Source: Neoechinorhynchus agilis (taxonomy: Eukaryota > Animalia > Acanthocephala). From it: a stretch of 64,000 nucleotides of DNA. The position numbers were made by a program, and so were the translations under genes. Below, one piece after another: positions 1-13,090 of this stretch. Location: contig CM121341.1 of the NCBI GenBank assembly GCA_051530055.1, forward strand, positions 6,612,784-6,676,783, written 5' to 3'. The notes beneath the pieces were generated by a model. It was not told where the DNA came from and did no database searches. It was given only the letters and a program-made list of their open reading frames with translations. Each line of letters opens with the position of its first letter. Position 1 is the first letter of the stretch.

Positions 1-181
1 TCTATGGACGATTCTGACAGTCTAGCTAAGAAAAAAAAACAAATATTTGTTTCCAATAGAAATCTTTTTGTTGGGTTTTTGAGAAGAAAAACCTAGAAAC
101 CAATTCGATCGAACATTTTTTACACATTTATGCCTGCCACAGATCTGGCCAAGATGCGCCGCATTCTACATAAACTCTCGT

Positions 182-3100
182 CTAAACATCGCATGTCCTG
201 CTGGGGCGGTCATCTGCACCCTCGCCACCACCACCGCCACCACCAGTACTCGTCGTCGTATTTACATCACCGACGAGAGCAGTGTTCTTGGTGATTTTCG
301 CAAGAAACGTGAATGCTCGTTCTACGAACTGGCTCACGTTGATTCGTCGTCCATTGAGATTGTTATCGTTTCGAATTCGTTCAACGGCACGTCTTAGATT
401 GCGTTCAATGAGTGCTTCCTTACCGGCGTAATATGTGATCCAATTTCTTGGTGTTAACGTGGACACTTCCATCAACAAGCTCACGATTATGATGGCACGT
501 TGATTGTTCATACCGTACGGAAGCCAGTCGACTACGTCCTCTAGTAAGCCACGGACCAACCTAGAACCTGGTTCGTCATCGTCATCGTCATCGTCCGCCG
601 GGTTTCCACCAGCAGTTCCTCTAAGAACAACTCGGAACCGATCTTCCTTAAGATCGTCTTCGGTCGAAAGACACGATCTTATTAGACAAAGAGAAGGTAT
701 CGCCACAAAGGGATCAATCGTGATTTCGGTGATTCTTTTGTGAGGAAAAACATCAATTAAAGAATAGAGTTCGTTAAAGACGATACCGACGACACGACAG
801 CTCGCCTTTATGTTCTTGTAACAGATGAACTTAACGTAAATGGAGGTGCCTTCATGAACAGCGACATCAGGATGAAGAAGAAGCCTTAGAATCGAGGTTG
901 ACTCCATTATCGTTTCTACACTAATCGGGAAATTGCGCTCTATAAGCTCGTAATCGATTGGACTAATCACGTATCCGATCCCGTCACCTTCGACTTTGTA
1001 CGGATTATCTATGCCGTGATTCGGGTACCGTGGACACCTCACGAGAAACAAAATCATCGATATCAGAGGTACGATGTTTCGAATCGAAGGACGAATGATG
1101 TCACCGAGATTTTCTCGGTCCGGCTCACTCAAAGTCCACGTTGGATCGCAACTAAGCAAAAGATCCACGTCCGGTGCGAAAACGGCTCTTGCAAGACGCT
1201 GTAGCAGAGATATACGTAGGAGTCCTTTGATTGTTTTTGGACCACGATTTCGTAACTTTTCAAAAATATCGATGACCTGTTGAGCATGGTGAGTTTCTTT
1301 AGGGACGAATAGCCTCGACATGATGTTGATGAGGCACTGAATGACATTACAAGCCAACACGAGGCTTTCTTCATTGTTCGATACGGCCATTTGACGAACG
1401 AGCAAAGCTTCGATGATTCTCGAGAAGCGACACCGGAAAGGTCGATAAAAGCGAACTAAAGTTTGGTAGAGCACTTGGAATTGGCATACTTGAGTTAGGA
1501 ATGCTGTTCGTGCAGAGAACGAGTGGACCGTGAGTGCTAGAATTCCATCGAGGATCTCGAGGCACGAATGTCGTATGCATTTTGGAATCGAAGTCTTTGG
1601 TTCTTCGAAATCGACTCGTTCGTTATTCACAACTAGAACACTTCCTTCAATTAAAGGCATTAGAGCGTCAGTTGCGGTGAGTGTTCGTAGAAGACATTGC
1701 TGATCGCGGCTCGGATCATCTTCAGCGCTCTCAAGTACGTGAGTATCGAGTGAAACTGAACTTGACGTGTGGCGTTTCATTAGGTGTGCAACGAACGCAT
1801 AGTAATCCGACCGTCCATGGACCTGATTTTCTAAAATCCGGATATTGGTCGAATGAATGTGCCTGTACACGTTCTCGGGAATCCGTGCTTCCGTCATATG
1901 GCAACGACGATCAAGTGGAATCAGATCTCGAATGGGGTTCGCCTGCTCCTTTCGGGTCCATTCACGTTCATAAAAGAGCATATAAGCACTCGATGGATCT
2001 CCATTTACGCCGTAACAATACTTTTCAAGGACCTTTTCTATCCCTTCAACTTGATAAACTTCATTGTCGTCGAATTTGTACCATTTTCCTTGTTCGCCAC
2101 ACACAGTCCCATCGTTCAATATAAACGAATAATAGTGGCCGTGTGCGAGTCCGCCCGTGTGTATCACGACTCCTTTAAGTTCATACTCAAAGTCCCGACT
2201 TTTCTCTTCGGCTTCTTGAATGGCTTCTTTACACATATAAGGAAGCATTGAAAGATGTTTTGGAAACTCAAACCGATTATTGTACTTGTGAGCGTCCATT
2301 CCTACGCCTGTGCCCAATCCAATACCACCATTGTCGATAAACCGTTTGAGCTGAAAGCCAAGTATCTGCCCACATCGTCTAAATTTTGTCCTCATCACAG
2401 CTTCCACCTTCTTCCGACAATGCTCACATTCGTATGCGTTGAGACCTTCCATTAACTCACCGCCAGTGTACTGCTCAAGACTCTCTTTTAAATCTTTAGC
2501 ATTCACAACGTCTACACTCACGAAACAAAACTCCTCGGGACGAACACTGCGCCTTCTACAAACAGTGCATTCTGTGACGGTCTCAAACGCTCCGCTCAAG
2601 ATCCGACTGAACACTGGCGGAAGTTTGTGTGTCGTAAATGCCTTGTCGACAGTGTCAACAAGCATCTGAAGAAACTCTACAGCGTCATGCTGTTCGTAAG
2701 GGTTAATCTCTTGACCAAAGAACTTAAATGCACTCAGAAACTCACGGGGCGAGTAGACGCTACTGAGAGATTCCATCAAGTAGGCGAACGTGAGTTGAAG
2801 ACATTGAAACGTTTCGAGCGGTTGATCGTCCGGATTGCGGTTAGTTGGTGACGAAGGAGCAGCCGATGCGAAGCAGGTAACGACAGTCGTGTCTTCGTCG
2901 TCTTCTTCATCCAGATTTACGGTCAGCGACGACTCCGAACATGCCGAATGGGTTTCGTCAGTAGTGCCATCGTCAACTTCGTTCACGGAACACAAATCAA
3001 TGCCTTCGTTCGCTTCACCTGAAGACGAACCGTCTCTACCCGTTTGACTGAGACAATTACTTAATTGAAATGGCATTTTGAGAATAGGAGGCGGTGTGGG

Positions 3101-6100
3101 AAGGTCAGTTGTGAGGACAATATCGCGAATTGTGCGGTTCATGAACATTTGCTGAAGAACCGCATTAGCATAGCATGTAGCTCCCGCATTTCTAAGACCT
3201 ACAAAATGACCTTGTTTCCTTGCCTTGTACTCATTGAGCGTAGAAGCGGGTGAATGAATCGAAAGTGGCAGATTCACAGATTCAACGGTTTCTGAACACC
3301 GTACACACTGACGCCGATTGTTTAGACCGTGTCGATGAAGAGATGCTCGAAAAATCATAAGATGTTCATCGATTCGACACAGTTCAACTGCAGCACTATA
3401 GGCTGCACATCTAGCCTCAAACGAAGTACACAAACATTCGTCAGTGAGCAGAGGGAAAGAGCTCTCTTCCACTGGTCGTCCGCATATACAACATCGTCTG
3501 TATATCCGACTATTACGGGTATGGAGGCATTTCTCGTGAATAAATAAAAGAAAGGTAGTCAAAGAGCCCAAAAACTCGTCGGATTGGTGTTTGAGGATAG
3601 CGGCACAGATATCAAAATGGAACGCGATACTGGCTTGACTAACGTCTTTTTCGTCGGCCATCTTCTGAATTGCTTGAATTTCACTCATTGTCAATTGGGG
3701 ACCGACTTCGCGCATGATATCCACTAAATCAGGCTGAGTACATTCCATAAGTTCCGCGAACACATTGTAGCCGTCTTGGAGACTAGGGCACCGGATGTTT
3801 CGCTGTAGAAGGTCGATAAGCATACGAAGAATGTGACTGGTGCCATTGTGATCAGAATAGGACAAAAACGAGTTCATGAGAGCAAACGCGAGTTCACCGG
3901 CAGCCTTACGTACAAGTGGACATTCGCATTTGAACAAAAGGGTATCGAAAAATTCGTAGATTCTCTGGTCATCCGATAGCCAGACTTGGTAAGTTTCTTT
4001 TACTTGAGGATTATATTGAGCGAGGAATAGCGAGTGAAGAAGGTAGATCATTTCCTGTGCAATCTCATAGCATAACGTAGTGACCACGGATGCTCGGACT
4101 CGTTCCTTTTGCGCATTTTGTTCAATCGCCTTCACGTCTGCGAGAAGACGTGCTTTCTTTTGAAGAGTTTCTACCATATTACGGCCGTGTTCTCCAAGAA
4201 GTAGACTTGGTAAACGTTTTGCACTATGTTTCTCGAGGATTCCACGATGAACTTGCTTTAGAAGATCTCTTCGTTCCATGTGAGCTGGTTTTTCTCGAAC
4301 AGCTCGACTCATTGCTATGAGCGAAACGAGTTGGTGGATCAACGTAACAGTGACCATTGCACCTTGAAGATGCACTCGTGTGTCTTTGAGAGCTTCGTAA
4401 CATATTGAATCTTCGTCGAGAAGAGTAAGTATAAAATCAGTACCACCTCGTTCATAGAATCGATGCGCCAACTCAACGTTTTCTTCATCGGATGTACTAT
4501 AAACGTTCAGGAATTGGCCTAATATCTGTAGACGGTATAGAGTCATTGGCGGCATGGGCTCTGGGCTGAAGAATGATTCAATCAAACAAGCGTCTTCTTT
4601 CTCACGCCCACTCAGTTGAGTCACCATCTTCTTTACTTCTTGCTGAATATCTTTTGACGGAGAGCATCGTAACAGTATTTGCTGGATCATAAACGAGAAC
4701 TCAACGTCCTCCACCGACGCGGATAATTCAATGAGACGCTTGTATGCGTTTGTCCTCTGCGTCAAAAATACCGATGGAATTATACGATCATCGATGTGAT
4801 CATCAATCGTCAAATCCATATCACGGACTTCATCGTCATACGTTAACGTAATGGCAAGATCACGCGTAAGGCATACCAACTGTCGATCTTCGATGTCTCT
4901 ACTGATTTTCCGATCGCCCATTCGAAACAATGGAACCATTGGAAACGGAAGATTTAAGACTTGTTCGATTTCGCGTTTCATATCATTCACAGTGTTCCTT
5001 TGATGAAACACGTACGTTCGATTCTCTGGCCTTTTCTCGACTTCTTCACAATCACGCGAACAGCAGTACTTTTCCAGTGTTAGTGTAACAAACTTCGAGT
5101 ATAGAGCATTCGCCAACGACTCACAATGGCATCCGAAGAATTTGTCGCATGACAATACATACTCAAACAACGTGGACGATATTCTTCGCAACGCCTTAAC
5201 ATCCGATCGGTTCTGTTCTATCATAGCCATCGATTGGGCAACTAAATTGTACTGATTTAGGCTCAATTTTCGATCATCGTTTAAATCTAGAATTGAACAC
5301 TGTGTGGCGTCTAAAATCGGCTCGGATGTGTACACTTTCACTAATTCGTCCCGTAACCAATTAGCGCATTTCTCGTCTTCACACTCACTAACAACTTTCC
5401 ATATAAACCGACGACCCTTGAAATCACTTGAAAGCACAGATTTGATTCGTTGTTCCATGAGGATTGACGGATTATGAATGTCATTGGCATCTATTGTACC
5501 GAAAGCGTGACTGCAAAAAAGTGCCCACATGGCACGAATGCACGAAAGTTTAGTCCGGCGTGGATCCATCTCGGCGACTATAAGCTCGTACACGAAGCCG
5601 AATACGCCTGTGAACGCGTCACATGACCGTTGAAGGCTCACGATTTTGGAGAAAAAGTCGAACATGATCTCCGCATCGTCTTCTTCAATACCTCGATTTA
5701 CCAAACACTTCCACAGACATTCTGCGTCTGATATGTTCACCTTTATTGCACTGGTTTTGTGAAAAATGTACATCAACTCGCCCCAATAAAAAAAAGTATT
5801 GAAAAATTGTGTTAAAACCCGCCCGCCCATTGGGAGCAAGTGATATATGTCAAAAGGATAAGACGTTGTTCAACTTGCTCACGATGAGTGTATCCGTCAT
5901 TAGTGGCTCGTTGATACTTAGCATCTTCCATATAAGCAGCAAGATTACGAAGAACGATTTCTACGATGCAGTAGTCATGATGAAGACGCCTAATAACGGC
6001 GTTTCTGCTCAATGAATCGACCATTCGGGTGGTCTGATACCTGTGTTCATCAGAGTCCGTGCTACTGTGACAAAGGTCGATGATTGAGCAGATCAATTTA

Positions 6101-7794
6101 ATGGCGACAATGCTTTCTGGTGCGTTTGAACGTAGAACTTCAACGAAAAGTTGAAGGAATTCCGTTTTGATAAAAGGTCTATTAAGGTCACCGCAGTAAA
6201 TTCCACTTGATCGAGGTAACACATTTCCCACTCTGAGCAAAACCACTTCGCTCACCCGTTCAAAGGTTGACACCAATAGATCACATGAACTTGCACTAAG
6301 GTTCTGAGTGTCGGTTATTTGAGAATGAACCAGTTCCCAAATGAAAGTAAGAATCCTTCTGGTTCTAAGGTTTTCTGTGTCGATTTCATTCATCTTCATC
6401 AGTAGACGGCACACTTCCCTTTGAGCACTACTAGTTCGTGCATCCCATAAAGTTTTAAGAATAAAGAACAAATGTGTCAAGAGTTGATCATCGCATGTAC
6501 TAATCACACCTACGACCATTTCTCGGGCATTTTTCGCCACGGCGGCCTGTCGCCCATATTGAAAACTCCATATATAGTCGAGATCATCATTGGATAGAAG
6601 ACCGGCCCTGGTTAAACAACTGAGGATGTTATCCATGTGGATCTGAAAGGCCGCTTTATGTATGGCGTCTCGCATTATGAGATCAAGAATCCGTTCTCGT
6701 TTCCACCATTCCATGAGACGAGCAATCCGAGGAACACTTGGCGCCCCAGTGTTTTCAATCGATTGTCCCATCAAACGACTGAGATCTTCAAAGGATTGTT
6801 GTTTGAACACATACCGATCAAGACGAAGCATCCCAAGAACAACATCTAGCATTCGATCTTCCATTTCAGTTCTTAGATCTTCCCTATTGATGATTACGCG
6901 TTCGATTAGACAGAGAGCTTTATCGATTAGACGAAAATAGTCTTTTGGTCCGACATTCGACTTTCCTCCACCAGGTTCAGAGCTCCCGTTTGCTTGTTTA
7001 GTCAGATATTGGAACGTGTAACGGACCATTGGGATCAGATAGTCGTCCACTGCTTCTGGGCTCAAGAACGGAAAAGGTTGCCGGAATATGCATAGTACAG
7101 AATCGATCAGCGAGCACTGCATTGGTTTTTCGCTCGATGAAAGCAATGAAAATTTTAGCCGAAGTTTTTCTAGACCGCCAAGATGGCCAAAATAGTTAAG
7201 AAAATCGATTAGAGTTCCACAAGTGAACGGAGAGTCTTCATTGACTACACAAGGACAAGCTATTTGAACTTGATCTTCTGCAGGTTCGAATACACTCAGT
7301 TCTGTTTTGTTCTGTTGATGGAAGTATGCAAACGGAGAAAACAGTCGTTGAAAGATACGAGCAGTGAGGTCACAGTTTTCTTCGAGCCTGAGGATACCGT
7401 ATTCGATAAGTCGATTACCGATAATTTTCACCAATTCATTGCAAGTGTCGTTCAGAATAGAACCAGAGAATTGACGAAACGCGTTATCGACGAACCTAAC
7501 TACGGGGCCATGATAACATCGGACGAACAGGTCATTGAACCGTTCATCTCCACGACGTGTAAATCGAATTATAGTAGATAGACATGAGTTTAGAGCTCGG
7601 AGGTTCACCTCGGACATCAAACAGCTATCGTCACTACACAGAATGACATCAAAGTCAGAGACGGAATAGTCATCAACGTGACTTTGACCACCATTACTCC
7701 CAGACTCAGTCGTAGCGCCGTCTGAAGCGTTTTGGCGATTCTCGTCAACAATTGTCAGATCTTTTTCCATTCCACAAGACCTTACGAACAACAA
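182..7794 (-). CDS. USP9X/USP24 (fat facets)-family ubiquitin C-terminal hydrolase, about 2500 aa, in two long ORFs (5812-7794 and 182-5839) with one frame break
   Basis: Cys box GLRNAGATCYANAVLQQMF, QHDAVEFL, His box YELKGVVIHTGGLAHGHYYSFI, WYKFDDNEV and SAYMLFYER. The segment YTHREQVEQRL...DAECLWKCL resembles USP9X YSHVQEVQERL...QAKQIWKCL. First ATG is about 7770. Confidence 0.85.
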
Positions 7795-8501
7795 AGGCTT
7801 TTGATGACACCGTCGCTTGGCTCTCTAAACACACACAAAATTAAGTTTTGAAAAAGAAGAAGAAACACTGAGAGAGAAAGAGATTTACCTTGATTAAACC
7901 AATGACGAGACTTCTCTTACGAACACGAGATGAAATCTCAAGAGCTGAGCTATTAGTAGAATCTGAATTCTCACTGTCAGAATCCATCTAGGGCAAATCA
8001 GAAAAAAGAGAGGTAATGAAGAACAACAATGTGAATGGCTCATAGCATGCACAGGGCGGTGCCATAGAATGTAAAACTTCTTCCGGTGTTTGTCTTAAAA
8101 GAAATGTCGAAAGAAACACACATGATGATGATGATAACTGGTTGCAGAAATTACGACCAAACAGAAATGCCAATTAACACGGAAGAACGCGTAGTTTAAG
8201 CCACAAATGAACCAATCGCTCGTTTCGTATTGATGACGTACACCGGAGAGAACGTGATGATGATGAGCGAGAGAGAGAGTAGCAAAAAATATGTACGTCA
8301 TTACAGAACTCATGGGTAATATAGGGAATAGACGTATAGAAAACAACAACGCCGCCGTCGGGCACACCGTTCCTATACACACACGCAAGGTTCACACGTG
8401 TGACGTCATCTTTTTCTCGGAGGACAGAGAATGTTTGGCCTGAAATTAGCCATGTTCTTAATAAAAGACGGAGTGACGTCATTTAGTTTTGAATTGGAAA
8501 C

Positions 8502-9581
8502 AATTATTTGTCGATAGGAGAGAAAAATGAAATTAAGAATTGGATATTTCGATCCACTATCTCGGATCTTCTATATCCGAGTTCGCAATCACTGAAAAAG
8601 ATCCGAGATAGTGAATCGAAATATCCAATTGTTAATTTCATTTTTCTCTCCTATCAACAAATAAAAATGAATTTGATATTTCGATCCACTATCTCGGATC
8701 TTCTATATCCGAGTTCGCAATCGCTGAAGAAGATCCGAGATAGTGAATCGAAATATCCAATTGTTAATTTCATTTTTCTCTCCTATCAACAAATAAAAAT
8801 GAATTTGATATTTCGATCCACTATCTCGGATCTTCTATATCCGAGTTCGCAATCGCTGAAGAAGATCCGAGATAGTGAATCGAAATATCCAATTGTTAAT
8901 TTCATTTTCTCCTATCGACAAATAAAAATGAATTTGATATTTCGATCCACTATCTCGGATCTTCTATATCCGAGTTCGCAATCGCTGAAGAATCCGAGAT
9001 AGTGAATCGAAATATCCAATTGTTAATTTCATTTTCTCTCCTATCACAAATAAAAATGAATTTGATATTGATCCACTATCTCGGATCTTCTATATCCGAG
9101 TTCGCAATCGCTGAAGAAGATCCGAGATAGTGAATCGAAATATCCAATTGTTAATTTCATTTTTCTCTCCTATCAACAAATAAAAATGAATTTGATATTT
9201 CGATCCACTATCTCGGATCTTCTATATCCGAGTTCGCAATCGCTGAAGAAGATCCGAGATAGTGAATCGAAATATCCAATTGTTAATTTCATTTTTCTCT
9301 CCTATCAACAAATAAAAATGAATTTGATATTTCGATCCACTATCTCGGATCTTCTATATCCGAGTTCGCAATCGCTGAAGAAGATCCGAGATAGTGAATC
9401 GAAATATCCAATTGTTAATTTCATTTTTCTCTCCTATCGACAAATAAAAATGAATTTGATATTTCGATCCACTATCTCGGATCTTCTATATCCGAGTTCG
9501 CAATCACTGAAAAAGATCCGAGATAGTGGATCGAAATATCAAATTGTTAATTTCATTTTTCTCTCCTATCGACAAATAATT
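8502..9581. repeat. Tandem array of about 8 x 132-bp internally palindromic units, bounded by long terminal inverted repeats (foldback/MITE-like)
   Basis: Each unit has arms gatatttcgatccactatctcggatctt / aagatccgagatagtgaatcgaaatatc. The array ends aattatttgtcgataggagagaaaaatgaaattaa... and ...ttaatttcatttttctctcctatcgacaaataatt are reverse complements. Confidence 0.9.
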
Positions 9582-10144
9582 AATTGTTTTTTCAACAAAC
9601 CATTAATTATAGAGATCATAAATTGGCTTAGAGGTTTTCGTTATGTTCTTAAAAAAAGACTGAGTGACGTCATTTAGTTTTGAATTCAATTGGAAATTAT
9701 TAATGTAAGATAAATAAACGAAATATTGGGAATTAACGAAAATCAATGTCTATTCTTCTAAGATCACAAAGTCAATTTTGGTGTCGGACGTTTAAAGAAA
9801 GATGTTTGGTCTAAAATAGCCTCTTTTTTGGCGATGTCAATATGTGAGAAGATATCGAATCCGCAGAAGACGTCCGGCCAACCTCGTTTAATTAATTTAG
9901 CGTCTTTTAATAAGAAAAATATTAGTTTGAACTGGACGAGGTTCAAAGAACGTATTTAGCGGGAAAATAACGTTATCTGCCGGGCAAAGGCTTCTAAATA
10001 ACACACTTCTGAATGTTTTCGTGTTCCTGTAAAAGATTGTGTGTGTGTGACGTCAACAGTTGACATTTCCATTGTGCACATAAACGAACACGTGAAACCT
10101 TTATAAAGAAAAGCATTCTTAAACTACTGCGAAAATGAAGAGAG

Positions 10145-10158
10145 GTTACCATGGAAAC
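10145..10158. promoter_or_regulatory. RFX X-box candidate
   Basis: GTTACCATGGAAAC matches the RTHNYYWTRRNRAC consensus. Confidence 0.5.
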
Positions 10159-10855
10159 CGAATCATTGTACTAATGACGTCATGTGCGTGTGATGGGTGT
10201 TTTTCGATGTGTACAAATGATTGCCACACATCGATTTCTAGCACAATTACCGAGACCGAAATCACCGTCAATACCCCGCCATTGTGGACGAAAATGGCTT
10301 TAATTGGTTAGGGAATCGAAAGAATTTATAATGAAATACACCATTGCGTTGGAAGAATATGGGAATTGTGACGTCATGATACCGGCGGATAATTTCTTTA
10401 GAATATTTTGGTCGTCAGTATGTGTTTTTTGACGAATGAGCACTTCCATTTTCTGTACGTTGACCATTAGAAGCATTAAGACGTTTACAAACACTTTCAA
10501 GAGCGAGAAAAAAGAAACGGTAAAAATATAACCTCGTGTCCGTAAGTTAAATTTTTTGGCGCCATTCAAAATTGGAACTTACCTAATTGTATGCGAAGCA
10601 ATAGACTTTAATCGTAATATCCGCTTGTTTTATTCAGGTAAAATAAAGAGCTCCAAAACGGAGATTGAACTGTAATCGAAGTTGCGAGGATAAATCGTCT
10701 GTTTGTGTATGTTCAACATTGCGTGACACGGTAGACCGACAATTCGTGATTCTTCCGTAGCACGACGTCACCTTTACAGTTTGTGTAAATAGGTCAAGTT
10801 TTTGACGACAACAACCCGTTTTGTTCGGAATTTGTGAGATTTTCTCTGGCCCACA

Positions 10856-11665
10856 ATGCGATCATTAACACGAGCCGCAACGGTTCGCCTTTTTATCAGA
10901 GTTCTATCGCAAATTCTGAGCGGAATGCATCCTTTGTGTACTTATAAATTAACTCCTATTTACGAAACCACCGGGGTACTGTTCTTTCGTGTTCTCGATG
11001 TGCGTCATATTCATCAGATCAAGAAGTTTTTACCGATATTTCGGCTCAACTCAGAGCATTTATCAAGATTGTTTACGAAGGAAAGCTTACTAGAAATTTT
11101 TCTTCGGAAACAATCTTGATCGCTGGATTGAGCCGAAATATCGATTTAATAAATTTACATAGTGTTGTGGCAACTACACAACAATCATGAGCAGTTTCAT
11201 TTTTTCAACAGATTTTTTACCGTCAACGTGCTTTTTCTCAAAATATCTCAATAAAATATGCGTTTGATCCGGTGGGATTTACAACGTGTCCAACTCAATC
11301 AAAAGAAACTTCTTCAAAATGATTTGGAGATGTTCTCGGATAATAGAATGACCAACGAGGCTTGTTTGGAGAATATTTTTTATTCGGACGCGGGTCAAAA
11401 ATTAATACATCTTCACCTTGTCTCAATGTTCAAAGAAAATCACTCCATACATTCTTTTAAACAAAGACTTTCATCCCTCTCTGAACCTCACACTGAGACA
11501 GATAAAAGGTTAAAGTTACTTAAATCTTTTCGGTTCATCTCAACAATAATAATAGTCGTTCTGATATTCAGAATGCCTATGAAGTACAGAGATTTGTTTA
11601 TGGGTAAATCAGAGAAAGTTCGTCTGAACGCATTCGACATTACTAACAAAAGCTCTCGAGAATAA
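10856..11665 (+). CDS. Probable unassigned protein-coding gene (two consecutive ORFs)
   Basis: ORFs of 87 and 135 aa separated by an intron-sized gap; no family recognised. Confidence 0.3.
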
Positions 11666-11791
11666 AGCTCTTTCATTTTATCATTAACCTGTTCCAAATT
11701 TCCGAAAACAAAACTTGATCATGCAGCTTAAAAATCAAATAGTATTTCATAAGGTTTTAATTCTATCCAATTGTTCCTTCGAGTATATGTG

Positions 11792-11917
11792 TATTCTCAA
11801 GGCCAATTGTAACACACTCGAGTTTTATTGAACTCTTCATTGCGAATTTTCAAGGTCTCAGCCTCCTTTGAAGAGTTCGATAAAACTCGAGTGTGTTACA
11901 ATTCGCCATTGAGAATA
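11792..11917. repeat. About 126-nt hairpin (inverted repeat, MITE-like)
   Basis: Arms tattctcaaggccaattgtaacacactcgagttttattgaactcttca / tgaagagttcgataaaactcgagtgtgttacaattcgccattgagaata, with a 29-nt loop. Confidence 0.85.
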
Positions 11918-12009
11918 AGATTTTAAGTTTACTCCTAGAGGTTGGAATATGGATGTGGCGCATACCAGCCTTTCCCTGACCCAGAAAGGGTTAGCTGTGA
12001 AAAAATATG

Positions 12010-12320
12010 CATAAGATGTCAAAATCTAAAAGCTCACCTCCCTATCACCTCGCACTTCCTTCGACCTCCGTTCCTTTTTCCTCCTCGCACCTCCCTCGAC
12101 TTCCGCTCCTTTTTCCTTACTACCCAATCTTCTCTCGGATATCATAACCTGAAATGAACCTGAGGAAAGACCAAACCTTACAAGCGCTCCTCCGTCAATT
12201 TCCACTCGAACGGACATCCCCAGATCGTTCATTCCCACTTGAAAGGACATACCAGAAAAACAGAATTCTGTGTGTCTATGAGGACCCAAAGGTATATGGG
12301 TCTAATTTCTTAAACACAAA
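12010..12320 (+). mobile_element. 3' fragment (ORF2 tail and 3'UTR) of an L2/CR1-type LINE
   Basis: Shares atcataac..aaatgaacctgaggaaagacc.aacctta.aagcgctcctc with the LINE 3' end at about 24490-24540; C/T-rich composition. Confidence 0.55.
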
Positions 12321-13090
12321 AATCAAAAAAAAGTGTTATTATCATCCCAGTTTGAGTCAAAGTGTTTGAATCCGTTACCACCATTGCCTTTGCAACCAAA
12401 GGTTATGAAATACCTCATTGAAGGGAAGATGAAACTCACTGATGAGTGCAGCCTTCCAGCGAAATGAGTACAAAACTCATAACCGTATGGTTCGTTGGTA
12501 TTTTATGCAAAATCGGCCCGAACTTTTTTAATCGGGAGACGTTTCGAACCTCGCCTGGTTCATGGTCACTTTGTACGTTTTTACGATGTTGCTGGACGTG
12601 GTAGTAATTAAGCCATATACTCAAATTGTTTTAGGAACCAGTAAACAACGAAGTAGTTCAATTATACAAGAAGCCGGAGATCAAAATTCATTTTTCGCAC
12701 CTTCGACTTTAGCATCTTCTGCAGAATATCTAGCGGTTAGGCTGGTTAGTAAAGCTTGTTTAATTAGTAGACTGGCGGATGAGTAGGTTAATTGGTAGGT
12801 GGAATCGAAAATAACTGATATGAACATCTTAGTTCGAGAGCAATCCAAAGCATAACGCTCTGTCAAAATGTCGATATGTGAGACGAGGTACCGGCGAAGA
12901 ATTATTGTTTAGAAGTCTTCAACCGGTTAATAATCATCCGTTTGTTAGTGATTAATAGACGCTAAAGAAGATGTTAGAACCCGAAAAAAAATTCTTATAG
13001 CGCTTTATTAAGTGGATTGCGTCTGCGTATCGCATTTAATAATTTGAACGATTGGAAACTATACAACATAAAATTCTCCTTTATTAAACC

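Larger units (their letters stand above)
8401..10376. promoter_or_regulatory. Cluster of six perfect CRE palindromes (TGACGTCA)
   Basis: TGACGTCA read at 8401, 8474, 9665, 10048, 10175 and 10369; function is inferred only. Confidence 0.45.

Noticed and set aside
504-7581. The many plus-strand ORFs overlapping the USP gene
   Set aside because: They are antisense to a long conserved CDS and carry no recognisable motifs.
8508-9677. 164-aa and 163-aa repeat proteins
   Set aside because: They arise because the 132-bp unit is a multiple of three; indels break the frame between copies, and the DNA symmetry explains the region.
10856-11119. RluA-type pseudouridine synthase (YETTGVLFF)
   Set aside because: The catalytic HRLD motif is absent, and the similarity is too short.
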